This document shows, piece after piece, positions 37,701 through 53,343 of a stretch of 64,000 nt of DNA. A program made the position numbers and the translations under genes. Origin of the DNA: Auanema rhodensis (Eukaryota; Animalia; Nematoda); assembly GCA_964057225.1 (NCBI GenBank), contig OZ059894.1, forward strand, positions 1,116,001 to 1,180,000, read 5' to 3'. The notes under the pieces were generated by a model. The model saw only the letters and a list, made by a program, of their open reading frames with translations. It searched no databases and was not told where the DNA came from. Within the stretch, counting starts at the first letter, position 1; every line of letters begins with the position of its first letter.

Positions 37701-40357
37701 AAATTTTTTCAAAAAATTTCAAAATAATTTAGCAAAAAGTAGATGTTTTTAGATTCCTTTTTTCAAGGCAAAGACGATGGACAATGTTATTCATCGAAAA
37801 AATTAATTCTTCAGGGTGAAAATCGAGGATATAAGTGTGAACTTATATCAGTTGATATCTCGGTGCATTTTTAAGCTAGCGCAAATCTGATACCACAGAT
37901 CGACGCAGCTTAAAAATCCGCATCGAATGCACTATACTACATTGAGAAACGCTTAATACAAAAATTAATTATGATCGTTTGAAAAATGATGCATTAGTGT
38001 ATGTTGAGTTTCCATGTACACTCAACATTGCTTCCAAAAACATTTTGACAAAAATTTTTTCGAAAAATTTCAAAATAATTTAGCAAAAAGTAGATGTTTT
38101 TAGATTCCTTTTTTCAAGGCAAAGACGATGGACAATGTTTTTCAACGAAAAAATTAATTTTTCAGGGTGAAAATCGAGGATATAAGTGTGAACTTATATC
38201 AGTTGATATCTCGGTGCATTTTTAAGCTAGCGCAAATCTGATAACACGGATCGACGCAGCTTGAAAATCCGCATCGAATGCACTATACTACATTGAGAAA
38301 CGCTTAATACAAAAATTAGTTATGATCGTTTGAAAAATGATGCATTAGTGTATGTTGAGTTTCCATGTACACTCAACATTGCTTCCAAAAACATTTTGAC
38401 AAAAATTTTTTCGAAAAATTTCAAAATAATTTAGCAAACAGTAGATGTTTTTAGATTCCTTTTTTCAAGGCAAAGACGATGGACAATGTTTTTCAACGAA
38501 AAAATTAATTCTTCAGGGTGAAAATCGAGGATATAAGTGTGAACTTATATCAGTTGATATCTCGGTGCATTTTTAAGCTAGCGCAAATCTGATAACACAG
38601 ATCGACGCAGCTTAAAAATCCGCATCGAATGCACTATACTACATTGAGAAACGCTTTATACAAAAATTAGTTATGATCGTTTGAAAAATGATGCATTAGT
38701 GTATGTTGAGTTTCCATGTACACTCAACATTGCTTCCAAAAACATTTTGACAAAAATTTTTTCGAAAAATTTCAAAATAATTTAGCAAAAAGTAGATGTT
38801 TTTAGATTCCTTTTTTCAAGGCAAAGACGATGGACAATGTTTTTCAACGAAAAAATTAATTCTTCAGGGTGAAAATCGAGGATATAAGTGTGAACTTATA
38901 TCAGTTGATATCTCGGTGCATTTTTAAGCTAGCGCAAATCTGATAACACAGATCGACGCAGCTTAAAAATCCGCATCGAATGCACTATACTACATTGAGA
39001 AACGCTCTATACAAAAACTAGTTATGATCGTTTGAAAAATGATGCATTAGTGTATGTTGAGTTTCCATGTACACTCAACATTGCTTCCAAAAACATTTTG
39101 ACAAAAATTTTTTCAAAAAATTTCAAAATAATTTAGCAAAAAGTAGATGTTTTTAGATTCCTTTTTTCAAGGCAAAGACGATGGACAATGTTATTCATCG
39201 AAAAAATTAATTCTTCAGGGTGAAAATCGAGGATATAAGTGTGAACTTATATCAGTTGATATCTCGGTGCATTTTTAAGCTAGCGCAAATCTGATACCAC
39301 AGATCGACGCAGCTTAAAAATCCGCATCGAATGCACTATACTACATTGAGAAACGCTTGATACAAAAATTAGTTATGATCGTTTGAAAAATGATGCATTA
39401 GTGTATGTTGAGTTTCCATGTACACTCAACATTGCTTCCAAAAACATTTTGACAAAAATTTTTTCGAAAAATTTCAAAATAATTTAGCAAACAGTAGATG
39501 TTTTTAGATTCCTTTTTTCAAGGCAAAGACGATGGACAATGTTTTTCAACGAAAAAATTAATTCTTCAGGGTGAAAATCGAGGATATAAGTGTGAACTTA
39601 TATCAGTTGATATCTCGGTGCATTTTTAAGCTAGCGCAAATCTGATAACACAGATCGACGCAGCTTAAAAATCCGCATCGAATGCACTATACTACATTGA
39701 GAAACGCTTTATACAAAAATTAGTTATGATCGTTTGAAAAATGATGCATTAGTGTATGTTGAGTTTCCATGTACACTCAACATTGCTTCCAAAAACATTT
39801 TGACAAAAATTTTTTCGAAAAATTTCAAAATAATTTAGCAAAAAGTAGATGTTTTTAGATTCCTTTTTTCAAGGCAAAGACGATGGACAATGTTTTTCAA
39901 CGAAAAAATTAATTTTTCAGGGTGAAAATCGAGGATATAAGTGTGAACTTATATCAGTTGATATCTCGGTGCATTTTTAAGCTAGCGCAAATCTGATAAC
40001 ACGGATCGACGCAGCTTGAAAATCCGCATCGAATGCACTATACTACATTGAGAAACGCTTAATACAAAAATTAGTTATGATCGTTTGAAAAATGATGCAT
40101 TAGTGTATGTTGAGTTTCCATGTACACTCAACATTGCTTCCAAAAACATTTTGACAAAAATTTTTTCGAAAAATTTCAAAATAATTTAGCAAACAGTAGA
40201 TGTTTTTAGATTCCTTTTTTCAAGGCAAAGACGATGGACAATGTTTTTCAACGAAAAAATTAATTCTTCAGGGTGAAAATCGAGGATATAAGTGTGAACT
40301 TATATCAGTTGATATCTCGGTGCATTTTTAAGCTAGCGCAAATCTGATAACACAGAT

Positions 40358-43300
40358 CGACGCAGCTTAAAAATCCGCATCGAATGCACTATACTACATT
40401 GAGAAACGCTCTATACAAAAACTAGTTATGATCGTTTGAAAAATGATGCATTAGTGTATGTTGAGTTTCCATGTACACTCAACATTGCTTCCAAAAACAT
40501 TTTGACAAAAATTTTTTCAAAAAATTTCAAAATAATTTAGCAAAAAGTAGATGTTTTTAGATTCCTTTTTTCAAGGCAAAGACGATGGACAATGTTATTC
40601 ATCGAAAAAATTAATTCTTCAGGGTGAAAATCGAGGATATAAGTGTGAACTTATATCAGTTGATATCTCGGTGCATTTTTAAGCTAGCGCAAATCTGATA
40701 CCACAGATCGACGCAGCTTAAAAATCCGCATCGAATGCACTATACTACATTGAGAAACGCTTGATACAAAAATTAGTTATGATCGTTTGAAAAATGATGC
40801 ATTAGTGTATGTTGAGTTTCCATGTACACTCAACATTGCTTCCAAAAACATTTTGACAAAAATTTTTTCAAAAAATTTCAAAATAATTTAGCAAAAAGTA
40901 GATGTTTTTAGATTTCTTTTTTCAAGGCAAACACGATGGACAATGTTTTTCAACGAAAAAATTAATTCTTCAGGGTGAAAATCGAGGATATAAGTGTGAA
41001 CTTATATCAGTTGATATCTCGGTGCATTTTTAAGCTAGCGCAAATCTGATACCACAGATCGACGCAGCTTAAAAGTTCGCATCGAATGCACTATACTACA
41101 TTGAGAAACGCTTAATACAAAAATTAGTTATGATCGTTTGAAAAATGATGCATTAGTGTATGTTGAGTTTCCATGTACACTCAACATTGCTTCCAAAAAC
41201 ATTTTGACAAAAATTTTTTCAAAAAATTTCAAAATAATTTAGCAAAAAGTAGATGTTTTTAGATTTCTTTTTTCAAGGCAAACACGATGGACAATGTTTT
41301 TCAACGAAAAAATTAATTCTTCAGGGTGAAAATCGAGGATATAAGTGTGAAATTATATCAGTTGATATCTCGGTGCATTTTTAAGCTAGCGCAAATCTGA
41401 TAACAAAGATCGACGCAGCTTAAAAATCCGCATTGAATGCACTATACTACATTGAGAAACGCTCAATACAAAAATTAGTTATGATCGTTTGAAAAATGAT
41501 GCATTAGTGTATGTTGAGTTTCCATGTACACTCAACATTGCTTCCAAAAACATTTTGACAAAAATTTTTTCAAAAAATTTCAAAATAATTTAGCAAAAAG
41601 TAGATGTTTTTAGATTCCTTTTTTGAAGGCAAAGACGATGGACAATGTTATTCATCGAAAAAATTAATTCTTCAGGGTGAAAATCGAGGATATAAGTGTG
41701 AACTTATATCAGTTGATATCTCGGTGCATTTTTAAGCTAGCGCAAATCTGATACCACAGATCGACGCAGCTTAAAAATCCGCATCGAATGCACTATACTA
41801 CATTGAGAAACGCTTAATACAAAAATTAATTATGATCGTTTGAAAAATGATGCATTAGTGTATGTTGAGTTTCCATGTACACTCAACATTGCTTCCAAAA
41901 ACATTTTGACAAAAATTTTTTCGAAAAATTTCAAAATAATTTAGCAAAAAGTAGATGTTTTTAGATTCCTTTTTTCAAGGCAAAGACGATGGACAATGTT
42001 TTTCAACGAAAAAATTAATTTTTCAGGGTGAAAATCGAGGATATAAGTGTGAACTTATATCAGTTGATATCTCGGTGCATTTTTAAGCTAGCGCAAATCT
42101 GATAACACGGATCGACGCAGCTTGAAAATCCGCATCGAATGCACTATACTACATTGAGAAACGCTTAATACAAAAATTAGTTATGATCGTTTGAAAAATG
42201 ATGCATTAGTGTATGTTGAGTTTCCATGTACACTCAACATTGCTTCCAAAAACATTTTGACAAAAATTTTTTCGAAAAATTTCAAAATAATTTAGCAAAC
42301 AGTAGATGTTTTTAGATTCCTTTTTTCAAGGCAAAGACGATGGACAATGTTTTTCAACGAAAAAATTAATTCTTCAGGGTGAAAATCGAGGATATAAGTG
42401 TGAACTTATATCAGTTGATATCTCGGTGCATTTTTAAGCTAGCGCAAATCTGATAACACAGATCGACGCAGCTTAAAAATCCGCATCGAATGCACTATAG
42501 TACATTGAGAAACGCTTTATACAAAAATTAGTTATGATCGTTTGAAAAATGATGCATTAGTGTATGTTGAGTTTCCATGTACACTCAACATTGCTTCCAA
42601 AAACATTTTGACAAAAATTTTTTCGAAAAATTTCAAAATAATTTAGCAAAAAGTAGATGTTTTTAGATTCCTTTTTTCAAGGCAAAGACGATGGACAATG
42701 TTTTTCAACGAAAAAATTAATTCTTCAGGGTGAAAATCGAGGATATAAATGTGAACTTATATCAGTTGATATCTCGGTGCATTTTTAAGCTAGCGCAAAT
42801 CTGATAACACGGATCGACGCAGCTTAAAAATCCGCATCGAATGCACTATACTACATTGAGAAACGCTTAATACAAAATTAGTTATGATCGTTTGAAAAAT
42901 GATGCATTAGTGTATGTTGAGTTTCCATGTACACTCAACATTGCTTCCAAAAACATTTTGACAAAAATTTTTTCGAAAAATTTCAAAATAATTTAGCAAA
43001 AAGTAGATGTTTTTAGATTCCTTTTTTCAAGGCAAAGACGATGGACAATGTTTTTCAACGAAAAAATTAATTCTTCAGGGTGAAAATCGAGGGTATATGT
43101 GTGAACTTATATCAGTTGATATCTCGGTGCATTTTTAAGCTAGCGCAAATCTGATAACACAGATCGACGCAGCTTAAAAATCCGCATCGAATGCACTATA
43201 CTACATTGAGAAACGCTCTATACAAAAACTAGTTATGATCGTTTGAAAAATGATGCATTAGTGTATGTTGAGTTTCCATGTACACTCAACATTGCTTCCA

Positions 43301-46300
43301 AAAACATTTTGACAAAAATTTTTTCAAAAAATTTCAAAATAATTTAGCAAAAAGTAGATGTTTTTAGATTCCTTTTTTCAAGGCAAAGACGATGGACAAT
43401 GTTATTCATCGAAAAAATTAATTCTTCAGGGTGAAAATCGAGGATATAAGTGTGAACTTATATCAGTTGATATCTCGGTGCATTTTTAAGCTAGCGCAAA
43501 TCTGATACCACAGATCGACGCAGCTTAAAAATCCGCATCGAATGCACTATACTACATTGAGAAACGCTTGATACAAAAATTAGTTATGATCGTTTGAAAA
43601 ATGATGCATTAGTGTATGTTGAGTTTCCATGTACACTCAACATTGCTTCCAAAAACATTTTGACAAAAATTTTTTCAAAAAATTTCAAAATAATTTAGCA
43701 AAAAGTAGATGTTTTTAGATTTCTTTTTTCAAGGCAAACACGATGGACAATGTTTTTCAACGAAAAAATTAATTCTTCAGGGTGAAAATCGAGGATATAA
43801 GTGTGAACTTATATCAGTTGATATCTCGGTGCATTTTTAAGCTAGCGCAAATCTGATACCACAGATCGACGCAGCTTAAAAGTTCGCATCGAATGCACTA
43901 TACTACATTGAGAAACGCTTAATACAAAAATTAGTTATGATCGTTTGAAAAATGATGCATTAGTGTATGTTGAGTTTCCATGTACACTCAACATTGCTTC
44001 CAAAAACATTTTGACAAAAATTTTTTCAAAAAATTTCAAAATAATTTAGCAAAAAGTAGATGTTTTTAGATTTCTTTTTTCAAGGCAAACACGATGGACA
44101 ATGTTTTTCAACGAAAAAATTAATTCTTCAGGGTGAAAATCGAGGATATAAGTGTGAAATTATATCAGTTGATATCTCGGTGCATTTTTAAGCTAGCGCA
44201 AATCTGATAACAAAGATCGACGCAGCTTAAAAATCCGCATTGAATGCACTATACTACATTGAGAAACGCTCAATACAAAAATTAGTTATGATCGTTTGAA
44301 AAATGATGCATTAGTGTATGTTGAGTTTCCATGTACACTCAACATTGCTTCCAAAAACATTTTGACAAAAATTTTTTCAAAAAATTTCAAAATAATTTAG
44401 CAAAAAGTAGATGTTTTTAGATTCCTTTTTTCAAGGCAAAGACGATGGACAATGTTATTCATCGAAAAAATTAATTCTTCAGGGTGAAAATCGAGGATAT
44501 AAGTGTGAACTTATATCAGTTGATATCTCGGTGCATTTTTAAGCTAGCGCAAATCTGATACCACAGATCGACGCAGCTTAAAAATCCGCATCGAATGCAC
44601 TATACTACATTGAGAAACGCTTAATACAAAAATTAATTATGATCGTTTGAAAAATGATGCATTAGTGTATGTTGAGTTTCCATGTACACTCAACATTGCT
44701 TCCAAAAACATTTTGACAAAAATTTTTTCGAAAAATTTCAAAATAATTTAGCAAAAAGTAGATGTTTTTAGATTCCTTTTTTCAAGGCAAAGACGATGGA
44801 CAATGTTTTTCAACGAAAAAATTAATTTTTCAGGGTGAAAATCGAGGATATAAGTGTGAACTTATATCAGTTGATATCTCGGTGCATTTTTAAGCTAGCG
44901 CAAATCTGATAACACGGATCGACGCAGCTTGAAAATCCGCATCGAATGCACTATACTACATTGAGAAACGCTTGATACAAAAATTAGTTATGATCGTTTG
45001 AAAAATGATGCATTAGTGTATGTTGAGTTTCCATGTACACTCAACATTGCTTCCAAAAACATTTTGACAAAAAGTTTTTCGAAAAATTTCAAAATAATTT
45101 AGCAAACAGTAGATGTTTTTAGATTCCTTTTTTCAAGGCAAAGACGATGGACAATGTTTTTCAACGAAAAAATTAATTCTTCAGGGTGAAAATCGAGGAT
45201 ATAAGTGTGAACTTATATCAGTTGATATCTCGGTGCATTTTTAAGCTAGCGCAAATCTGATAACACAGATCGACGCAGCTTAAAAATCCGCATCGAATGC
45301 ACTATACTACATTGAGAAACGCTTTATACAAAAATTAGTTATGATCGTTTGAAAAATGATGCATTAGTGTATGTTGAGTTTCCATGTACACTCAACATTG
45401 CTTCCAAAAACATTTTGACAAAAATTTTTTCGAAAAATTTCAAAATAATTTAGCAAAAAGTAGATGTTTTTAGATTCCTTTTTTCAAGGCAAAGACGATG
45501 GACAATGTTTTTCAACGAAAAAATTAATTCTTCAGGGTGAAAATCGAGGATATAAGTGTGAACTTATATCAGTTGATATCTCGGTGCATTTTTAAGCTAG
45601 CGCAAATCTGATAACACAGATCGACGCAGCTTAAAAATCCGCATCGAATGCACTATACTACATTGAGAAACGCTCTATACAAAAACTAGTTATGATCGTT
45701 TGAAAAATGATGCATTAGTGTATGTTGAGTTTCCATGTACACTCAACATTGCTTCCAAAAACATTTTGACAAAAATTTTTTCGAAAAATTTCAAAATAAT
45801 TTAGCAAAAAGTAGATGTTTTTAGATTCCTTTTTTCAAGGCAAAGACGATGGACAATGTTTTTCAACGAAAAAATTAATTCTTCAGGGTGAAAATCGAGG
45901 GTATATGTGTGAACTTATATCAGTTGATATCTCGGTGCATTTTTAAGCTAGCGCAAATCTGATAACACAGATCGACGCAGCTTAAAAATCCGCATCGAAT
46001 GCACTATACTACATTGAGAAACGCTCTATACAAAAACTAGTTATGATCGTTTGAAAAATGATGCATTAGTGTATGTTGAGTTTCCATGTACACTCAACAT
46101 TGCTTCCAAAAACATTTTGACAAAAATTTTTTCAAAAAATTTCAAAATAATTTAGCAAAAAGTAGATGTTTTTAGATTCCTTTTTTCAAGGCAAAGACGA
46201 TGGACAATGTTATTCATCGAAAAAATTAATTCTTCAGGGTGAAAATCGAGGATATAAGTGTGAACTTATATCAGTTGATATCTCGGTGCATTTTTAAGCT

Positions 46301-48780
46301 AGCGCAAATCTGATACCACAGATCGACGCAGCTTAAAAATCCGCATCGAATGCACTATACTACATTGAGAAACGCTTGATACAAAAATTAGTTATGATCG
46401 TTTGAAAAATGATGCATTAGTGTATGTTGAGTTTCCATGTACACTCAACATTGCTTCCAAAAACATTTTGACAAAAATTTTTTCAAAAAATTTCAAAATA
46501 ATTTAGCAAAAAGTAGATGTTTTTAGATTTCTTTTTTCAAGGCAAACACGATGGACAATGTTTTTCAACGAAAAAATTAATTCTTCAGGGTGAAAATCGA
46601 GGATATAAGTGTGAACTTATATCAGTTGATATCTCGGTGCATTTTTAAGCTAGCGCAAATCTGATACCACAGATCGACGCAGCTTAAAAGTTCGCATCGA
46701 ATGCACTATACTACATTGAGAAACGCTTAATACAAAAATTAGTTATGATCGTTTGAAAAATGATGCATTAGTGTATGTTGAGTTTCCATGTACACTCAAC
46801 ATTGCTTCCAAAAACATTTTGACAAAAATTTTTTCAAAAAATTTCAAAATAATTTAGCAAAAAGTAGATGTTTTTAGATTTCTTTTTTCAAGGCAAACAC
46901 GATGGACAATGTTTTTCAACGAAAAAATTAATTCTTCAGGGTGAAAATCGAGGATATAAGTGTGAAATTATATCAGTTGATATCTCGGTGCATTTTTAAG
47001 CTAGCGCAAATCTGATAACAAAGATCGACGCAGCTTAAAAATCCGCATTGAATGCACTATACTACATTGAGAAACGCTCAATACAAAAATTAGTTATGAT
47101 CGTTTGAAAAATGATGCATTAGTGTATGTTGAGTTTCCATGTACACTCAACATTGCTTCCAAAAACATTTTGACAAAAATTTTTTCAAAAAATTTCAAAA
47201 TAATTTAGCAAAAAGTAGATGTTTTTAGATTCCTTTTTTCAAGGCAAAGACGATGGACAATGTTATTCATCGAAAAAATTAATTCTTCAGGGTGAAAATC
47301 GAGGATATAAGTGTGAACTTATATCAGTTGATATCTCGGTGCATTTTTAAGCTAGCGCAAATCTGATACCACAGATCGACGCAGCTTAAAAATCCGCATC
47401 GAATGCACTATACTACATTGAGAAACGCTTAATACAAAAATTAATTATGATCGTTTGAAAAATGATGCATTAGTGTATGTTGAGTTTCCATGTACACTCA
47501 ACATTGCTTCCAAAAACATTTTGACAAAAATTTTTTCGAAAAATTTCAAAATAATTTAGCAAAAAGTAGATGTTTTTAGATTCCTTTTTTCAAGGCAAAG
47601 ACGATGGACAATGTTTTTCAACGAAAAAATTAATTTTTCAGGGTGAAAATCGAGGATATAAGTGTGAACTTATATCAGTTGATATCTCGGTGCATTTTTA
47701 AGCTAGCGCAAATCTGATAACACGGATCGACGCAGCTTGAAAATCCGCATCGAATGCACTATACTACATTGAGAAACGCTTGATACAAAAATTAGTTATG
47801 ATCGTTTGAAAAATGATGCATTAGTGTATGTTGAGTTTCCATGTACACTCAACATTGCTTCCAAAAACATTTTGACAAAAAGTTTTTCGAAAAATTTCAA
47901 AATAATTTAGCAAACAGTAGATGTTTTTAGATTCCTTTTTTCAAGGCAAAGACGATGGACAATGTTTTTCAACGAAAAAATTAATTCTTCAGGGTGAAAA
48001 TCGAGGATATAAGTGTGAACTTATATCAGTTGATATCTCGGTGCATTTTTAAGCTAGCGCAAATCTGATAACACAGATCGACGCAGCTTAAAAATCCGCA
48101 TCGAATGCACTATACTACATTGAGAAACGCTTTATACAAAAATTAGTTATGATCGTTTGAAAAATGATGCATTAGTGTATGTTGAGTTTCCATGTACACT
48201 CAACATTGCTTCCAAAAACATTTTGACAAAAATTTTTTCGAAAAATTTCAAAATAATTTAGCAAAAAGTAGATGTTTTTAGATTCCTTTTTTCAAGGCAA
48301 AGACGATGGACAATGTTTTTCAACGAAAAAATTAATTCTTCAGGGTGAAAATCGAGGATATAAGTGTGAACTTATATCAGTTGATATCTCGGTGCATTTT
48401 TAAGCTAGCGCAAATCTGATAACACAGATCGACGCAGCTTAAAAATCCGCATCGAATGCACTATACTACATTGAGAAACGCTCTATACAAAAACTAGTTA
48501 TGATCGTTTGAAAAATGATGCATTAGTGTATGTTGAGTTTCCATGTACACTCAACATTGCTTCCAAAAACATTTTGACAAAAATTTTTTCAAAAAATTTC
48601 AAAATAATTTAGCAAAAAGTAGATGTTTTTAGATTCCTTTTTTCAAGGCAAAGACGATGGACAATGTTATTCATCGAAAAAATTAATTCTTCAGGGTGAA
48701 AATCGAGGATATAAGTGTGAACTTATATCAGTTGATATCTCGGTGCATTTTTAAGCTAGCGCAAATCTGATACCACAGAT
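40358..48780. repeat. 8-monomer higher-order repeat (about 2808 bp), about 3 copies
   Basis: AAAAATTAATTATG occurs at about 41829, 44636 and 47444; GGGTATATGTGT at about 43093 and 45901; AAAGTTTTTCG at about 45074 and 47882. All spacings are 2807-2808 bp. Confidence 0.85.
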
Positions 48781-51700
48781 CGACGCAGCTTAAAAATTCG
48801 CATCGAATGCACTATACTACATTGAGAAACGCTTAATACAAAAATTAGTTATGATCGTTTGAAAAATGATGCATTAGTGTATGTTGAGTTTCCATGTACA
48901 CTCAACATTGCTTCCAAAAACATTTTGACAAAAATTTTTTCAAAAAATTTCAAAATAATTTAGCAAAAAGTAGATGTTTTTAGATTTCTTTTTTCAAGGC
49001 AAACACGATGGACAATGTTTTTCAACGAAAAAATTAATTCTTCAGGGTGAAAATCGAGGATATAAGTGTGAAATTATATCAGTTGATATCTCGGTGCATT
49101 TTTAAGCTAGCGCAAATCTGATAACAAAGATCGACGCAGCTTAAAAATCCGCATTGAATGCACTATACTACATTGAGAAACGCTCAATACAAAAATTAGT
49201 TATGATCGTTTGAAAAATGATGCATTAGTGTATGTTGAGTTTCCATGTACACTCAACATTGCTTCCAAAAACATTTTGACAAAAATTTTTTCAAAAAATT
49301 TCAAAATAATTTAGCAAAAAGTAGATGTTTTTAGATTCCTTTTTTCAAGGCAAAGACGATGGACAATGTTATTCATCGAAAAAATTAATTCTTCAGGGTG
49401 AAAATCGAGGATATAAGTGTGAACTTATATCAGTTGATATCTCGGTGCATTTTTAAGCTAGCGCAAATCTGATACCACAGATCGACGCAGCTTAAAAATT
49501 CGCATCGAATGCACTATACTACATTGAGAAACGCTTAATACAAAAACTAGTTATGATCGTTTGAAAAATGATGCATTAGTGTATGTTGAGTTTCCATGTA
49601 CACTCAACATTGCTTCCAAAAACATTTTGACAAAAATTTTTTCAAAAAATTTCAAAATAATTTAGCAAAAAGTAGATGTTTTTAGATTTCTTTTTCCAAG
49701 GCAAACACGATGGACAATGTTTTTCAACGAAAAAATTAATTCTTCAGGGTGAAAATCGAGGATATAAGTGTGAAATTATATCAGTTGATATCTCGGTGCA
49801 TTTTTAAGCTAGCGCAAATCTGATAACAAAGATCGACGCAGCTTAAAAATCCGCATTGAATGCACTATACTACATTGAGAAACGCTCAATACAAAAATTA
49901 GTTATGATCGTTTGAAAAATGATGCATTAGTGTATGTTGAGTTTCCATGTACACTCAACATTGCTTCCAAAAACATTTTGACAAAAATTTTTTCAAAAAA
50001 TTTCAAAATAATTTAGCAAAAAGTAGATGTTTTTAGATTCCTTTTTTCAAGGCAAAGACGATGGACAATGTTATTCATCGAAAAAATTAATTCTTCAGGG
50101 TGAAAATCGAGGATATAAGTGTGAACTTATATCAGTTGATATCTCGGTGCATTTTTAAGCTAGCGCAAATCTGATACCACAGATCGACGCAGCTTAAAAA
50201 TCCGCATCGAATGCACTATACTACATTGAAAAACGCTTGATACAAAAATTAGTTATGATCGTTTGAAAAATGATGCATTAGTGTATGTTGAGTTTCCATG
50301 TACACTCAACATTGCTTCCAAAAACATTTTGACAAAAATTTTTTCAAAAAATTTCAAAATAATTTAGCAAAAAGTAGATGTTTTTAGATTCCTTTTTTCA
50401 AGGCAAAGACGATGGACAATGTTTTTCAACGAAAAAATTAATTTTTCAGGGTGAAAATCGAGGATATAAGTGTGAACTTATATCAGTTGATATCTCGGTG
50501 CATTTTTAAGCTAGCGCAAATCTGATAACACGGATCGACGCAGCTTGAAAATCCGCATCGAATGCACTATACTACATTGAGAAACGCTTAATACAAAAAT
50601 TAGTTATGATCGTTTGAAAAATGATGCATTAGTGTATGTTGAGTTTCCATGTACACTCAACATTGCTTCCAAAAACATTTTGACAAAAATTTTTTCGAAA
50701 AATTTCAAAATAATTTAGCAAACAGTAGATGTTTTTAGATTCCTTTTTTCAAGGCAAAGACGATGGACAATGTTTTTCAACGAAAAAATTAATTCTTCAG
50801 GGTGAAAATCGAGGATATAAGTGTGAACTTATATCAGTTGATATCTCGGTGCATTTTTAAGCTAGCGCAAATCTGATAACACAGATCGACGCAGCTTAAA
50901 AATCCGCATCGAATGCACTATACTACATTGAGAAACGCTTTATACAAAAATTAGTTATGATCGTTTGAAAAATGATGCATTAGTGTATGTTGAGTTTCCA
51001 TGTACACTCAACATTGCTTCCAAAAACATTTTGACAAAAATTTTTTCGAAAAATTTCAAAATAATTTAGCAAAAAGTAGATGTTTTTAGATTCCTTTTTT
51101 CAAGGCAAAGACGATGGACAATGTTTTTCAACGAAAAAATTAATTCTTCAGGGTGAAAATCGAGGATATAAGTGTGAACTTATATCAGTTGATATCTCGG
51201 TGCATTTTTAAGCTAGCGCAAATCTGATAACACAGATCGACGCAGCTTAAAAATCCGCATCGAATGCACTATACTACATTGAGAAACGCTCTATACAAAA
51301 ACTAGTTATGATCGTTTGAAAAATGATGCATTAGTGTATGTTGAGTTTCCATGTACACTCAACATTGCTTCCAAAAACATTTTGACAAAAATTTTTTCAA
51401 AAAATTTCAAAATAATTTAGCAAAAAGTAGATGTTTTTAGATTCCTTTTTTCAAGGCAAAGACGATGGACAATGTTATTCATCGAAAAAATTAATTCTTC
51501 AGGGTGAAAATCGAGGATATAAGTGTGAACTTATATCAGTTGATATCTCGGTGCATTTTTAAGCTAGCGCAAATCTGATACCACAGATCGACGCAGCTTA
51601 AAAATCCGCATCGAATGCACTATACTACATTGAGAAACGCTCTATACAAAAATTAGTTATGATCGTTTGAAAAATGATGCATTAGTGTATGTTGAGTTTC

Positions 51701-53343
51701 CATGTACACTCAACATTGCTTCCAAAAACATTTTGACAAAAATTTTTTCAAAAAATTTCAAAATAATTTAGCAAAAAGTAGATGTTTTTAGATTTCTTTT
51801 TTCAAGGCAAACACGATGGACAATGTTTTTCAACGAAAAAATTAATTCTTCAGGGTGAAAATCGAGGATATAAGTGTGAAATTATATCAGTTGATATCTC
51901 GGTGCATTTTTAAGCTAGCGCAAATCTGATACCACAGATCGACGCAGCTTAAAAATTCGCATCGAATGCACTATACTACATTGAGAAACGCTTAATACAA
52001 AAATTAGTTATGATCGTTTGAAAAATGATGCATTAGTGTATGTTGAGTTTCCATGTACACTCAACATTGCTTCCAAAAACATTTTGACAAAAATTTTTTC
52101 AAAAAATTTCAAAATAATTTAGCAAAAAGTAGATGTTTTTAGATTTCTTTTTTCAAGGCAAACACGATGGACAATGTTTTTCAACGAAAAAATTAATTCT
52201 TCAGGGTGAAAATCGAGGATATAAGTGTGAAATTATATCAGTTGATATCTCGGTGCATTTTTAAGCTAGCGCAAATCTGATAACAAAGATCGACGCAGCT
52301 TAAAAATCCGCATTGAATGCACTATACTACATTGAGAAACGCTCAATACAAAAATTAGTTATGATCGTTTGAAAAATGATGCATTAGTGTATGTTGAGTT
52401 TCCATGTACACTCAACATTGCTTCCAAAAACATTTTGACAAAAATTTTTTCAAAAAATTTCAAAATAATTTAGCAAAAAGTAGATGTTTTTAGATTCCTT
52501 TTTTCAAGGCAAAGACGATGGACAATGTTATTCATCGAAAAAATTAATTCTTCAGGGTGAAAATCGAGGATATAAGTGTGAACTTATATCAGTTGATATC
52601 TCGGTGCATTTTTAAGCTAGCGCAAATCTGATACCACAGATCGACGCAGCTTAAAAATTCGCATCGAATGCACTATACTACATTGAGAAACGCTTAATAC
52701 AAAAACTAGTTATGATCGTTTGAAAAATGATGCATTAGTGTATGTTGAGTTTCCATGTACACTCAACATTGCTTCCAAAAACATTTTGACAAAAATTTTT
52801 TCAAAAAATTTCAAAATAATTTAGCAAAAAGTAGATGTTTTTAGATTTCTTTTTCCAAGGCAAACACGATGGACAATGTTTTTCAACGAAAAAATTAATT
52901 CTTCAGGGTGAAAATCGAGGATATAAGTGTGAAATTATATCAGTTGATATCTCGGTGCATTTTTAAGCTAGCGCAAATCTGATAACAAAGATCGACGCAG
53001 CTTAAAAATCCGCATTGAATGCACTATACTACATTGAGAAACGCTCAATACAAAAATTAGTTATGATCGTTTGAAAAATGATGCATTAGTGTATGTTGAG
53101 TTTCCATGTACACTCAACATTGCTTCCAAAAACATTTTGACAAAAATTTTTTCAAAAAATTTCAAAATAATTTAGCAAAAAGTAGATGTTTTTAGATTCC
53201 TTTTTTCAAGGCAAAGACGATGGACAATGTTATTCATCGAAAAAATTAATTCTTCAGGGTGAAAATCGAGGATATAAGTGTGAACTTATATCAGTTGATA
53301 TCTCGGTGCATTTTTAAGCTAGCGCAAATCTGATACCACAGAT

